The notes below the pieces were generated by a model. That model was not told the DNA's origin. It worked only from the letters and a program-made list of their open reading frames with translations, and ran no database searches. Shown piece after piece: positions 48,148 to 60,006 of a stretch of DNA of 64,000 nucleotides. The first letter of the stretch is position 1, and the number at the start of each line of letters is the position of its first letter. This stretch comes from Psammoneis japonica (Eukaryota): contig QPGO01000040.1 of the NCBI GenBank assembly GCA_008632985.1, positions 253,719 through 317,718 of the forward strand, read 5' to 3'. The translations under genes were made by a program, and so were the position numbers.

Positions 48148-49181
48148 ATGACGAGGCTGATGAAACGAATCGTATGGATTGCAGCCATAGTTGGTATTGG
48201 CGACGTTGAAGCGACGGATCTTTCTGTTCTGGGAGCCAACAGTTGGGAGCGCATCAATGGTTCGGTCGACATGACGGTCGATGACAGGTGCGAGTATGCC
48301 TTGACGCTCCTCTTTCAACCCAAAACAGACAATCTCCCCATCGTTCCGGAGGACAAGAGAGAGACTATTGCGTTCCTCCGTCGGCAGGAGGCACGGCGCC
48401 TCCGAATCTCTACTCAGGAGACAATCTCCCCTTCTTTCAAGATCGCTGGCATTGGGAGTCGTTTCCAGCCTACATGCAAGCGGCGTTTGGATTCAATCAT
48501 TTGTCCATTGACTGGAATGCTTGTGGTCATCCGCCGTTTGACTTGTTTGGTCGAGTGCACGTGGATTTGCATTTTTACCTCGTCACGCCCGAGTTTCGCG
48601 CCGACACCATGGTTTGTGACCGCATTGGGACGTCACCGCGTTGCGATCCCGCGGGTCAAACCACGCCCGAGGGCGAGGATTTCTTTGTGCTGCCAGAAAG
48701 GGCGCAAGGTAGCCATGTGAATGTTCCACTCGGCTTTGAGTTTCGTAACGATACTGTAATTTTTCGTATGGGAGCGCACCTGTGGGATTTTGAGCAACAA
48801 CCAGTCAATGTGAGCGTTTGGGAAGAACCGATTACAATTGTCGGAACCTACGGCGGAAAAGTAATCTTTTTTGAACCCATGATTCCATATACATACATCT
48901 CGGGTGACACGGCCAATAGCTTTTCAGACGACTTGACCTACGCACAGCCGACGATTCCGAATATGCCCACTTCATACTCTGTTGACTATGATGAAACGAC
49001 GGAGCAAACAACCGTTGTCTTGAGGGGTAAATCGTCTGTGTGCCAAGATGATTTCAATGAAATGATAAAAGAGGAGAACGTGCCCAGTGCGGTGGATGCC
49101 ATGGAGGCTGGCACACGTTTACTTGGTTCTTCACTGTTGTATCGTCCCTCCTGCTGGGCTCATTTGAGAAAGATGAGATGA
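48148..49181 (+). CDS. Secreted DUF5602/TTHB210-like protein, frameshifted near 48355
   Basis: Signal-like MKRIVWIAAIVGIG in one frame; HLSIDWNACGHPP..HVDLHFY, MGAH and YGGKVIFFEPMI in another; junction lies at a (GA)n run. Confidence 0.65.
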
Positions 49182-49588
49182 TTGCGACGACCAGCACGAT
49201 CGTCTACACGATGATTTAGGAGTATCTTTATCAGATAGATGTTAGAATTGATATAACAAAGTCAAGCCTCTAGTCTTATGGCTGTCTCTCGGATCACCTC
49301 CTTGAGGGAGGAGAACAATCATACATAGCAGAGGTACATTCGCGACAACACTCTCTATGCTAATTGGAAGCTGGTTCGTCGCCGTATCTTGCTAATAAAG
49401 ATTGTCAGCCGATCCCGGAACCTGATTTGGACGCTGACGTTGACACGTCGCAGCAACCCGACCTCTCTTTTGGTCGGGTTTTATGCTGAGCGCGAACGAA
49501 ACAAGCTATCAGGATCTTGCGAATATGTGTCAGCTCTCAAGAACGTCGGAAACGAGTATCAAGAAAGCAAGCAACAAGCAAATAAGAG

Positions 49589-52500
49589 CTACGTCTCAAA
49601 GTGCAACTGCTCATGCTTCCTTGCAGCAGATTCGGAAAAGCGGCGACGACTTCGAAACTCGCCGCGCCCCCCTCCTTTCTGATGCAGCTCCCTGGCCGAG
49701 TTAAAGCTGCACGTGCCTCCAAGAATGTCCGAATGCTTCTTTTCGAGGTGACGTGCTACCGCAATAGCGCCCCAGGCAATCCACTTCTCGTGCGCCATGT
49801 AAATGTACTGTCTAGTCAAGTCCGGCAAATTCTTGCTACAGAACGAAGCAGCGAGCTGATAAGTGAGAGCTCCGTCTTGCAAAAAGCCACTCCTTATCGC
49901 AAACGCAACTGCTTTGTCGTATTTCAATCGGACATCATTTGGGTTCTTGGAAGTCAGCGAGCTCATCTCAGCTTGAAGAATCATGCCTTTATGCACCAAG
50001 TTGATCGCTCCAAGCTTTATCCATTTCATTATCAGATCCATATGCATCTTCGCTTCTTGCTTGAACTTTCGCCGTCCGGTACGTCGGAACTGTTCAATCG
50101 CGATAAGAGAGAAAAAGAACACTCTGGTGGGGTAAAACACTTCGGCACGCGTAATCCCGACATCCAGACGTTGCAGTTTTTGCGAAAGATCGCTCGCTCT
50201 CTCCATGTCATCGAAGTAGTAGCAGAGCTGCATCAAGAAAGACCAAGATGCTTGTTCACCGATCTTTTCTTTATTTCCAGCCAGCTTCTGCTTGTCGATA
50301 GCGTAGCCTCGAGTCATATCAAGCGGCGAGTCAGATTTCCCACAAAGATTCAAGACGAACTGCCACATCGGAATAACACAAAACAAGACCATAAACTGTC
50401 CGTAGTCAATCATCTGTTGACCAAATTTGTCAAGATCGTCCAGAAGAGGTAACAACGGAATTCCCGAGTAGCCATATGCCAGAGCATACGTTGCAATACA
50501 GTGAAAGCCGTAATGTTGATCACCAACAGCCATTCCAGCTTTATATCCTTTTAAGGAAGAGTCAAGACTATGAGAGAGCGGCTCCATCCACCACTGAGTG
50601 AAAACACTGAACCAAAAGAATACTTTTGCCTTCACACTGGTCGCTTTCAGTCGATCCGCTAAAGACGCAGCAAGCTTCCCAAGCTGGTATCCATTCTTGA
50701 GATCATCTCGCTGCGCAATCACGTCCGCCCCTGCGACTGCAAAGGCTTCGGGGGCTGAGGTCGTCAATCCACACTTGAAAGTAAGGCTTAGCATACGTTC
50801 AATGATCACTGTGTGCAAATTGGCCATTGCAAGATGGACTACAGGCATCACCATCGCCAGCATAATTTCAATACATGCGGCCTTACGTGAATCCTTCATG
50901 ATCGGTAGGTTGATTATATCTTCCGGAGCCGAATCGTCCAACAGCCTGGTCGTTCTCTTGTAGCTGCGGAGCGCCTGGAGCTTGTTCGGCGATTTAGGTA
51001 AGACTTCGCCAAGCTCTTTCAATGCCCGTAACCCAAAGTCGACAACGTCCCGGTTCTTGGCCTCTGACAGGAGAATCTGCAACATGGTCACGTAGCATCG
51101 TACTTTGTGATCAAATGATCCAGTCGCGAAGACCTTCTCGCAATATCCTTTTGCCCGTTTCATATCGCCACAACAAAAAAGCATTTCAGCGAAATGAACA
51201 TACAGATCGAGAGCGACATTCAAAGCGTGTGTGGGGTTCTCGCCCAGAATGTCAATTCCTGCTTGACAGTATCTGCATGCTGGACGAAATGCTGACAGCC
51301 TTGAGGCGGACTTTGCAGCTTGTAAATTCAGCTTGGCGATTTCTATACGTTGCGCTTGGTCTTTGACGAACTGTTGAGCGCCCAAGTTGACCTGGTCGGC
51401 ACACATGAAACGAAGACGGTCACTATCCGTGCTTGAACAATTAAGAGCATCAATTACAAGCATTCCAATATCCCAGTGAAGCTTGTCGCGTTTTCTCCCT
51501 TTCGGCAACATAGATTTGGCCAGTTCCAGGATTTTGTCGTGACTAAACTTATACCAACCTTTTCCAAGATCATCCAGTAAATGCTCTTCGTTGCATGCGA
51601 CATGAAGTAGCTCGCCGACGTTTGATATTTCAGGAAAGGCCGATTGGCAAGTCTCGATGGTGGTTTGATTACTCCGATATCCAAAGCAGGCAAATAATTT
51701 CAACAGAGCTTGAACAGGTGCTTCTAAACGGTGAATTCTTTGAGCGACGATCTGAACAATGTTCTCACTTAGTGTTGTTTCATTCTGAATTTGCTGCACG
51801 TCATATTCCCATTTCGCGGTGAAAGAGTTGAAGCGAAGAAACCCTTCTCTCTGTAACTCTTCTAGAAACTGCCTTACAAAAAAGATATTCCCGTCGGTGC
51901 GCTGATGAACGACATTTGCTAGAGCGGACGTTTCAGCTTTTGAGTCAACATTGAGAAGAGAAGCCATCATATCATTTACTGACTCTGGATCGAACCCCGA
52001 CAGTCTCACACAAAAAATAGCCCCTGACATAATAGAGCTAGTCAGATTCTCTAAGAACGCTGTTAGCTCATTCGTTGTTTCGTCATCCCGATACGACCCG
52101 CAAAGCACCAAGTTCGAGGCCTTCGGATCGGTAAATACAGACAAGACGATATCAAAGGAATCTTGACCACACCACTGAAGATCGTCGAGTAAAATGACAG
52201 TTTTCTCAAATTCACCCACCGCATAAAGGAAAGCCTTCAGGGCCATTTGAAGCTGTAGCAGGTTTTGTTTCCTGTTACTCGTGGTGTTGGCAATCGACCT
52301 CTCATCATTTTGCTTCTTTTCTTTTTCATCTGCTTCGAACCGAAGTACAGCCCTCGTTTTCGGAATGACAGACATCAACATGTCTTTGTGCTCCTCTTCC
52401 ATGCTATCTCCGAGTCGCAGACGAACCAAACGCAAAAGAGTCTCATTTGCCTGGATCTTTCTAACAATATCAACGACACAGTCTTGAATGGCTTCCAACG

Positions 52501-52732
52501 GAGCAATCCGTGAGTCAAATTTTGCGCATCCAATCAATCGAGGGGTACTTGAGCTTAGAGCGGCCCGAAGTAATCTGGACTTCCCGACACCGCTAGAGCC
52601 TGAAACAAGCACAACTTTCACTGTTGAATTATCAGACTCGAGACATGAACGTATTCGGTTGAGCTCTTCAGACCGCGCAAAGAATCGTCCTTCCAGAGAA
52701 AGTCGCTTTTGATTGTAATCAGTGGGTCTCAT
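49589..52732 (-). CDS. STAND-like AAA ATPase with helical-repeat C-terminus (COG3899-type)
   Basis: Walker A GSSGVGKS, Walker B LLDDLQW, TDGNIFFV, YKFSHDKI, LNLQAA; intact 1047-aa ORF. Confidence 0.88.
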   Translation of the reverse strand: MRPTDYNQKRLSLEGRFFARSEELNRIRSCLESDNSTVKVVLVSGSSGVGKSRLLRAALSSSTPRLIGCAKFDSRIAPLEAIQDCVVDIVRKIQANETLLRLVRLRLGDSMEEEHKDMLMSVIPKTRAVLRFEADEKEKKQNDERSIANTTSNRKQNLLQLQMALKAFLYAVGEFEKTVILLDDLQWCGQDSFDIVLSVFTDPKASNLVLCGSYRDDETTNELTAFLENLTSSIMSGAIFCVRLSGFDPESVNDMMASLLNVDSKAETSALANVVHQRTDGNIFFVRQFLEELQREGFLRFNSFTAKWEYDVQQIQNETTLSENIVQIVAQRIHRLEAPVQALLKLFACFGYRSNQTTIETCQSAFPEISNVGELLHVACNEEHLLDDLGKGWYKFSHDKILELAKSMLPKGRKRDKLHWDIGMLVIDALNCSSTDSDRLRFMCADQVNLGAQQFVKDQAQRIEIAKLNLQAAKSASRLSAFRPACRYCQAGIDILGENPTHALNVALDLYVHFAEMLFCCGDMKRAKGYCEKVFATGSFDHKVRCYVTMLQILLSEAKNRDVVDFGLRALKELGEVLPKSPNKLQALRSYKRTTRLLDDSAPEDIINLPIMKDSRKAACIEIMLAMVMPVVHLAMANLHTVIIERMLSLTFKCGLTTSAPEAFAVAGADVIAQRDDLKNGYQLGKLAASLADRLKATSVKAKVFFWFSVFTQWWMEPLSHSLDSSLKGYKAGMAVGDQHYGFHCIATYALAYGYSGIPLLPLLDDLDKFGQQMIDYGQFMVLFCVIPMWQFVLNLCGKSDSPLDMTRGYAIDKQKLAGNKEKIGEQASWSFLMQLCYYFDDMERASDLSQKLQRLDVGITRAEVFYPTRVFFFSLIAIEQFRRTGRRKFKQEAKMHMDLIMKWIKLGAINLVHKGMILQAEMSSLTSKNPNDVRLKYDKAVAFAIRSGFLQDGALTYQLAASFCSKNLPDLTRQYIYMAHEKWIAWGAIAVARHLEKKHSDILGGTCSFNSARELHQKGGGRGEFRSRRRFSESAARKHEQLHFET

Positions 52733-53229
52733 CCTTACGTGGTATTAAAAAAACTACCTGCTTCCTTTTTCTTCGCATTCCTCGGCATAGTAGAGGGACA
52801 ACCATTTTTTCCTCAGTCTATCTTCAAGCAGCAAACGCAAACCAACACTCTGCGATCCTGCTTGAGCCACGCCTGCATTCGTTGCGTTAACGGTTTTATC
52901 CCGATATATCTCATATTATGATGAATCCAGATTTCCGACCGTTATCTTTAAGGGCACTTGACAGACCGCCTCACAATTTCCGAGATAGAGCGAGGAGTCA
53001 TGCCGGTTGCCGGTGCCAGAGGATTGTGCTGGACCCACCGCTGTACGGTGCCGTCACTCTAGCAGCTCGCCGTTCCATTCCGTTCAAGCCCATGCATCCA
53101 TGTCCTCTCAGAACACTAAAACGCGACAGTCCGTGTTGCTCCTGCCGCCCTGCTTTCAGCGATCTTTCCCAAAGGACTCTTCAAAATGCAACAATGGCGA
53201 CACACCAATGCGTTGATTTGAAGAGAAAG

Positions 53230-53620
53230 GTGGTGACAACATGATGGATTTCTGCCAATTGAGAGCAAAAAATCTGCCCAGCTCACAAAAGAAGGCACCA
53301 GAGCCATCCAGAGCAACCCCGCTCAGCCTTGCCACTCAAACGTTCACCCAGCTGCATCCACTCCATTGTGTTGGCATCAAATTGGAAGAAAATTGCTTGA
53401 CCCACATCTTCCAATCCACCAGCATCATGCCAGCTGCTGCCCACCACCGCCAACACCTGGCATTTTCTCCATTCAAAGACACAGAACAACCAAAACTGTC
53501 ACCCCCTTGTTGTGCAGCAAGGGTCTGACCACGTTGTTGTGTCCACGTTGACACTGCACAATCATGCACATGAACCAAGACCAGATTGCTGGTCACAAAC
53601 TTGTTCTTGCACTCCATTTT
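53230..53620 (-). pseudogene. FG-GAP/beta-propeller repeat gene remnant, TpA-depleted
   Basis: WTQQRGQTLAAQQGGDSFGCSVSLNG and VLAVVG...GQAIFFQF...WMQLGERLSG in adjacent frames. Confidence 0.6.
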
Positions 53621-56159
53621 TCATTTCTTCTGCTTCAGCCTGACGGGATTTGAGCAAGATTTTAGCTCATCACACACAATTGCACATGCTCTCAGTTCCG
53701 CGTGCAGTGCACAATGTGGCTTGCTTTCAAGCCACTCGGCTCACAAGATCAACAACAGTGGCGCCGACATCACGACAACAGTCTTTCGGCTCCTGCAACG
53801 GCGTCTGCACAGAGACTCATCTGCTGTTTAGACAGCAGCAAGGAGTTGTTTTTTTCTTCCACCCAGTCATCTTCATTTTCTGTCAGATTGACAATCTTGC
53901 TCACAATCAACCATTGAGCGTTCATCATCGTCATCGAGAAAAATTCAACAACGTGCATTGTTGGCGTTGGAAGAACACACCTGCGTTCTAAAATGCTGAA
54001 TGTTGGATTGAATCTACATGTTTGCATTGATCCAACACCTCTCACCGCTGGATGTTTTTGTTCAACGGACATTTGCTTGATCAGGAATTCCCCTGCATTC
54101 TCAGACATTTGTGATTCTGGATTCCCTGCAGCAGATTTTACCCTGGTTGGCAGACAGAACAATCCATCGGCACGCATTCACGCACACATGATGTAACTCT
54201 CTGACTCTGGCCCTGCTTCGTGCACGCCAAGTCCACTGCTGCCCATCTGCACCGGATTGCTGGTCTTCTGCAGTTCTACAAGGTCCCTGAGGACGACTGT
54301 GAGAGGAAGCAATTCGTGATCACAATCTGCATTGGGGCGAGGGTGCATTTCCCACATTTGTTCATCCCATTTCCCACATTTGTTCGTCCCTCCACAGTGC
54401 CAATTTGGCCGGCCTGATCGGGGTCATCCAACTGACATAAAATGAGAATGGTTCAGAGGTCTTGTCCACCTCCAGTCAGCTTGTCAGCAGGGGTTTTTGA
54501 CCCATCACCCCACTCTCAGGCAACCCAAAGAGTGCAGTCAGCTGCGGGTGCGGACGTGCCTGCACAACTCTGCGGACCGGATGGGAAGCTCAGCAATCAA
54601 CCACAAACAGGATGTCACAGCCCAGCGGCTGCTGATTTGCAAGGCAGTCAAGATTTCAAGTCAAGATCTCAAGTCAAGTTTCAAGTCATTTCAAGCTCAA
54701 CCTTCACCTTTGGTTCCGACACCCACTCAGTTGCACCATGGTTCTCACCAGGTGGCAACAAACCAATGGCTTCGAGCACATCCCTGGCACTGTTCTAAAA
54801 CAGGGTGCAGACAGTCCATTGCACTCCGCCCTCAGCATTGATGGCGCTGACTCCCACCAGGATCTCTTCACTTTTACCACGACGCAACTGGACACCCTGG
54901 TTTGCATGGACGGCACCAATCAAACGCCTTTGCCATGTGGCTGCAAAGCACAGACAGCTGCATTGATTGGTTTGCACATGGCAAAAGTGCACAGCAGTGC
55001 TGATGTCAGCAACAACCCCAACTTGTTCACCCATGAGGAGTTTGCCGACTGTCGTCCCGAGCACACAGCGTCCCTCTCCATGGGCGAGGCGCCATCTGCT
55101 CCCACTCCTGGTTCACTGCCCCCAAAACCACATGACCCCATGTGTGACTTTAAACAAGGCTTGAAGCGTGACCCACTCACCTTTGCAACTCTTAAGTCCA
55201 ACAAACAGTGGCACACGTGGCACACATCTGTCGTCGCACAGGCCCGCTCCCAGGATGTCGACTGCATTCTCGACCCGACGTGCAAGCCCTCTGCGGCCCA
55301 AGACAAGGCCCGGTTTGCCAAACAACAGAAGTGCATGTTCGCTGTGTTTGAATGCATCTTGCAAAATGACAAAGGCAAGGCACTCATTTGCAAACATGTC
55401 AGCTCCTCTGATGCCCAAACAGTGCATCGCAAACTTTCTGAGTGTGCTCTTGCATCCACTCGTGCCTCCCTGGAGTCCGCAACTCTTCTCACGTGCCTCG
55501 CCATCGCTCGTCTTGGTGATGGCACCTGGAAAGGCTCCACCCATGCCTTCATGCTTTGTTGGCAGGACCAACTTTGCAAGTGCGAAGCTCTCATTCGGAC
55601 ATGCTCGAGTGGTGCAAGCATGACATCAATGGTCGCTCCATCAAAGTCCCCATCAACATCAAAGGCAGCTCACCCTGCATTGCCATGTGCCCACAGACTG
55701 ATGCCGAGTGGGACGACTTGCCACATGTCATCCTCACTGGTGACGACACCTGGGATCTGTCTGTGCTCAACCACCAGTTCGCTGATGACGACACCTGGCG
55801 CAACACCATCTCCGACCTCCAGGACGACCCTGCCACCACTCTCTTTGATGAGTTTGGCAACTGTCATCATTGCCATGTCATGAACAATGCAATGCTTGCG
55901 GACCACCCTCTTGACAACCACATCCTGCTGATGTCTGATTTCTTCTGCGAGTGCCATGCTGAACGTGACATCAAGCCACAGGCTGGGAACCTGACTGCGA
56001 GTTGTTGCGCCCTCACTTTGGCTTCCTCCCAAAGGGCACCATCTGCCACACATTCAATTTCACGACCCAGCATGCCCACATGCCAGCCAGCATGCACTTG
56101 AAAAAGGCACACAAGTCACCCAACCCAGCTCTCAACATCCATCACCACAATGAACCTGT

Positions 56160-56560
56160 GACGCGTTCCAGCTCTAGGTGGGACCTCGCACTGCTGAACT
56201 GTGACACAATTGTTTTTCATCATCCGTCGTGTGTTTTTCACGCACATTTCCACGTGTTCCATTATAAAAAATTGTTCCACACTGCCTGTTTTGTGGCGCG
56301 AAGCCAAAGGCTTTCTGTCATTTGCATTCATGTCAACAAAAATGCGCTGGGTGTGTTCTTCAATGTCTGAAGAACACACCCGGGCACACTGCAAAGAATG
56401 TGCTTCAAGTGTGGAGGAGGAGATGCGTTCGCAAAATTGCCTCTTTTTCTGTTGGCAATCATCCATGTGTCCATTGCTCAACAATTTTACTGCGGAGCTC
56501 GCGTGCAGAATTCTGCGGGCCCAATGTCACAAAAAGTCCCACCTGGGGCTGGAACCCGTC
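56160..56560. mobile_element. MITE with 25-bp TIRs and 4-bp TSD (CTGT), inserted in Copia integrase
   Basis: gacgcgttccagctctaggtgggac ... gtcccacctggggctggaacccgtc; CTGT at 56156-56159 and 56561-56564; removal restores NEPVATDTV. Confidence 0.9.
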
Positions 56561-56781
56561 CTGTTGCCACTGACACTGTCTGCTCTGACACTCCCACTGT
56601 TGACTCCGGATGCATCAGTGCCCAGCTTTTTGTTGGCATGGAGTCTCTCATCACCAATGTGTGCGGCACCAAGACTGACAAAGAATTTGTCAACACCCTT
56701 GAAGACAACACTCGCAACCGCGGTGCTCCACTCAAACTCACCAGCGATCGTGCCCAAGTCAAAATCAGCAACAAGGTGCTT

Positions 56782-57228
56782 TGCAACACACAGCTGCCAA
56801 CAAGAGTCAATGCATCACGGCGACGTGTTGCAGTCTTTAAATGTCACAAAGGGCGTGACAAAAACAACCTTTTGTCTGCATGCATGCTGCACCATGAATT
56901 CACAGCGGAGTGGTTCATCTCGCAACCATTGGGCAGGAGGCCAGGGGTTCGAAACCCGAGTGGGAGTTGTCTGCAGCAACGTTGATCACTGTCCAACGCG
57001 TAAAACTCTGTGCAGTTCTGTGTGTTCCTCGCACGCACCCACACTGTTCTGCCAAAACCGTGCAGTGTCAGTGCACGTTGGCAAAGAGCCGCATGGACGC
57101 GTGACACATGGGGAGGAGTGCAACACACAGCTGCTGACAAGAGTCAATGCATCACGGCGACGTGTCACAGCCTTTAAATGTCACAAAGGGCGTGACAAAA
57201 ATGACCTTTTGTCTGCATGCATGCTGCA
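56782..57228 (+). mobile_element. TRIM-like element: 110-bp LTRs (56782-56891, 57119-57228), 4-bp TSD GCTT
   Basis: TG...CA direct repeats; purine tract ggggaggag before the right LTR; removal restores ISNKVLGILRTLF. Confidence 0.88.
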
Positions 57229-59275
57229 GCTTGGCATTCTCCGCACCCTCTTCATCTCCAGCTGGCAAAGCGAGCCTCACCAACAGCACCAGAACTTTGC
57301 TGAACGTTGCTGCCAAACCATCAAGAACATGTCCAACACCATCATGGATTGCTTTGGCTCACCGGCTTGCACGTGGCTTCTTGCCCTTGTGTGCATGTGT
57401 TTTCTGCTGAATCACACCACTTCTGCCAAGCTCCACTGGCGCACCCCGACTGAGGCACTGACCGGATCTGCTCCCAACATCAGCCCCCTCCTCCATTTTC
57501 ACTAGTGGGAACCACCCGGTGCACTGCCATTTGGACGACTCCGACTGGCCCTCCGAATCCCGTGAACTGCGTGGCAGCTTCGTTGGCATCGCTGAACACG
57601 TTGGCCACCACATGACCTTCAAGATTCTTTCTGATGACACCCAGAAGATTTGTTGCCAGTCGAATGTACGTTCTGCTGCCGGCATGCCCTTGATGCACAA
57701 CTTGCGTCTTGATCCTCCTGATGGGGAGACTGCTGCACCCATCATCAAATCCTGCCACGACTCTGAAGATCCGCCAGATTCATCAGATGGGGAGAAGATC
57801 AGGATGCCCAAGATGCCAGTCTTCAACCCCGAGGATGTCGTCAGACTTGCCTTCCTCATGAAGCCACAAGAGAGTGGACAGCACTGCCAAGCTTGCATCA
57901 TCAAAGCCATTGAAGACCACAACTGGGAGATTGGCAACAACCCGGAGCTTGTCCAGTTCATCTGCTCCATCAACAACAATGAGCATGAAGAAGTCCTTGC
58001 CTGCAATGACATCATCAACCACACAGAGCAAGAGGAAGATGACACTGCTGTGTGGAAATTTTGATGCATTGTGTCACATGAAGGACCGTTGAGGCCTCAC
58101 GACCCCTCATGGAAAGGCTCGAGCTACAATGTGATGCTCAAGTGGGAAAGTGGGGAGATCACGTCTGAGCCCCTGGCCATCATTGCCAAGGACAACCCTG
58201 CAACACCTGCGCCATCCATGCACGCGAACATGGCCTTCTCAAAACCGATGGATGGAAGTGCTTGCGGAAGACAGCTCTGCGCCAGAAGAAGCCATTTCGC
58301 ATGGCCAACCAAGCCAAGCTTTGCTCCTTTCATGCGGCCCCACACTGCAAGTGTGGATGCAAAGTGCCCCGTGACCACAGGCGTGCTCTTGCTCTTGATG
58401 AGCACAATGGCAATCACAAGTGGGGAGATGCAACGGACCTTGAGATGAATCAACTCAACAAGCACAGGGTCTTCCATGACTGCGGGCACTGCAAGGAATC
58501 CAGTGCGCTGCCAGCCAGGACACAAGAAGATCCGCGTGCACTTGGTTTGTGACGTGAAGCACAACGGCAGACACAAGGCACGTCTCGTTGCCAGCGGGCA
58601 TCTCACTGACACACCCGTCAACAGTGTGTGATCCGGTGCAGTGTCTCCACATGGCCTTCAAACGATGATCTTCCTGGCTGAACTCAACGAGCTGGAGAGA
58701 CATGGGCTGCCAATGTTGGCAATGCCCCTCTGGAAGCTGCAACCAAGGAGAAGCTGCACATCATCGCGGGCCCCAAATTTGGTGATCTCAAAGGACACAT
58801 CCTTGCAATTCACAAGGCCCCATGCAGTCTCCACAGTTCTGGCCTCAGGTGGCACGAATGTTTCGCCGATTGTCTGCAAGCTGAGGGATTCTTCCCCTGC
58901 CGTGCTGAACCCGACATCTGGTTCCATCAAAATGGTGATCACTGCAAGCTCACGGCAGTGCATGTGGACAATTTGGCCTTCACCATGAAGGACCCGCAGA
59001 CATTTGTTGACACTCTCATGGAGAAGTGCAAGTTCAAGCTAAAAGGAACTGGCTCTCTGCAGCTTCACCTTGGCTGTGACTTCTGCCATGACTCTGATGG
59101 CACGCTTTGCATGGCCCCTTGCAAGCACATCAAACATGTGGTCGAGAATTGGGCACGACTGTTTGGGGAGAAGCCCTGCACCAACACATTGTCAACACTC
59201 GAGAAAGGAGACCATCCCAAGCCAGACACCTCCGAACTGTCAGGACCCGAAGGTGTTCAACACTTCCAGTCGCTC

Positions 59276-60006
59276 TGACAGGATTTAAACAAGATTGACC
59301 AACTCGATTAAATCCGACCCATCAACCTGAAAAATTGCGACACCCAGGAATCGAACCTAGGTCCTCTAATGACCGGTTACCGACTAAACCATTTGCCGCA
59401 TTCTTCAAACTGACAGGCTTTTTGTACACAGTCACACATGTTTCAGCCAGAGAGTGACATGCACCTTTAATTCTTCTTAGAATTCTGTCACTCCCCACAT
59501 GTCACGAAGCTGTCTGACGTCACGAAGCTGTCTGACGTTCCTTTCTTTGGACAATGACACTTCTCACAGCTCCCCTTCTACCTGGGCCACATTTTTCTGC
59601 ACATGTCATGACCTCCCCGGCGAGCTGGCAATTGGGCGACCATTCCGGCCTCGGCACCCCTGATGAGAGCACTGTGTGCATCGTCGGTCTGTCTCACCGC
59701 AGCCTCTCCTCAGTTTTAGAGTCATCTTGAAGGAGCACACACACCTGGGTTCAAATCATCAACGGTCCTCGCATCATGACAGGGTGCACCATGACAGGAT
59801 TTAAACAAGATTGGCCAACTCGATTAAATCCGACCCATCAACCTGAAAAATTGCGACACCCAGGAATCGAACCCAGGTCCTCCAATGACCGGTTGCCGAC
59901 TGGACCATTTGCCGCACTCTTCAAACTGACAGGCTTTTTGTGCACAGCCACACATGTCTCAGCCAGAGAGTGACGTGCACCTTCAATTCTTCTTAGAATT
60001 CTGTCA
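59276..60006 (-). mobile_element. TRIM with 215-bp LTRs (59276-59490, 59792-60006) containing a tRNA-like sequence
   Basis: TGACA...TGTCA ends; TSD cgctc/ctctc; minus-strand PBS-like TGGTGCACCC and PPT-like GGGGAG; removal restores QSLIGSLQW. Confidence 0.9.
59336..59399 (-). ncRNA. tRNA-like Pol III unit in LTR (second copy at 59852-59915)
   Basis: A box TGGTTTAGTCGG, B box GGTTCGATTCC, acceptor stem GCGGCA/TGTCGC, followed by TTTTT; anticodon arm shortened. Confidence 0.7.

Noticed and set aside
49601..50452. 283-aa ORF antisense to the ATPase
   Set aside because: Shadow frame of a well-supported gene on the other strand.
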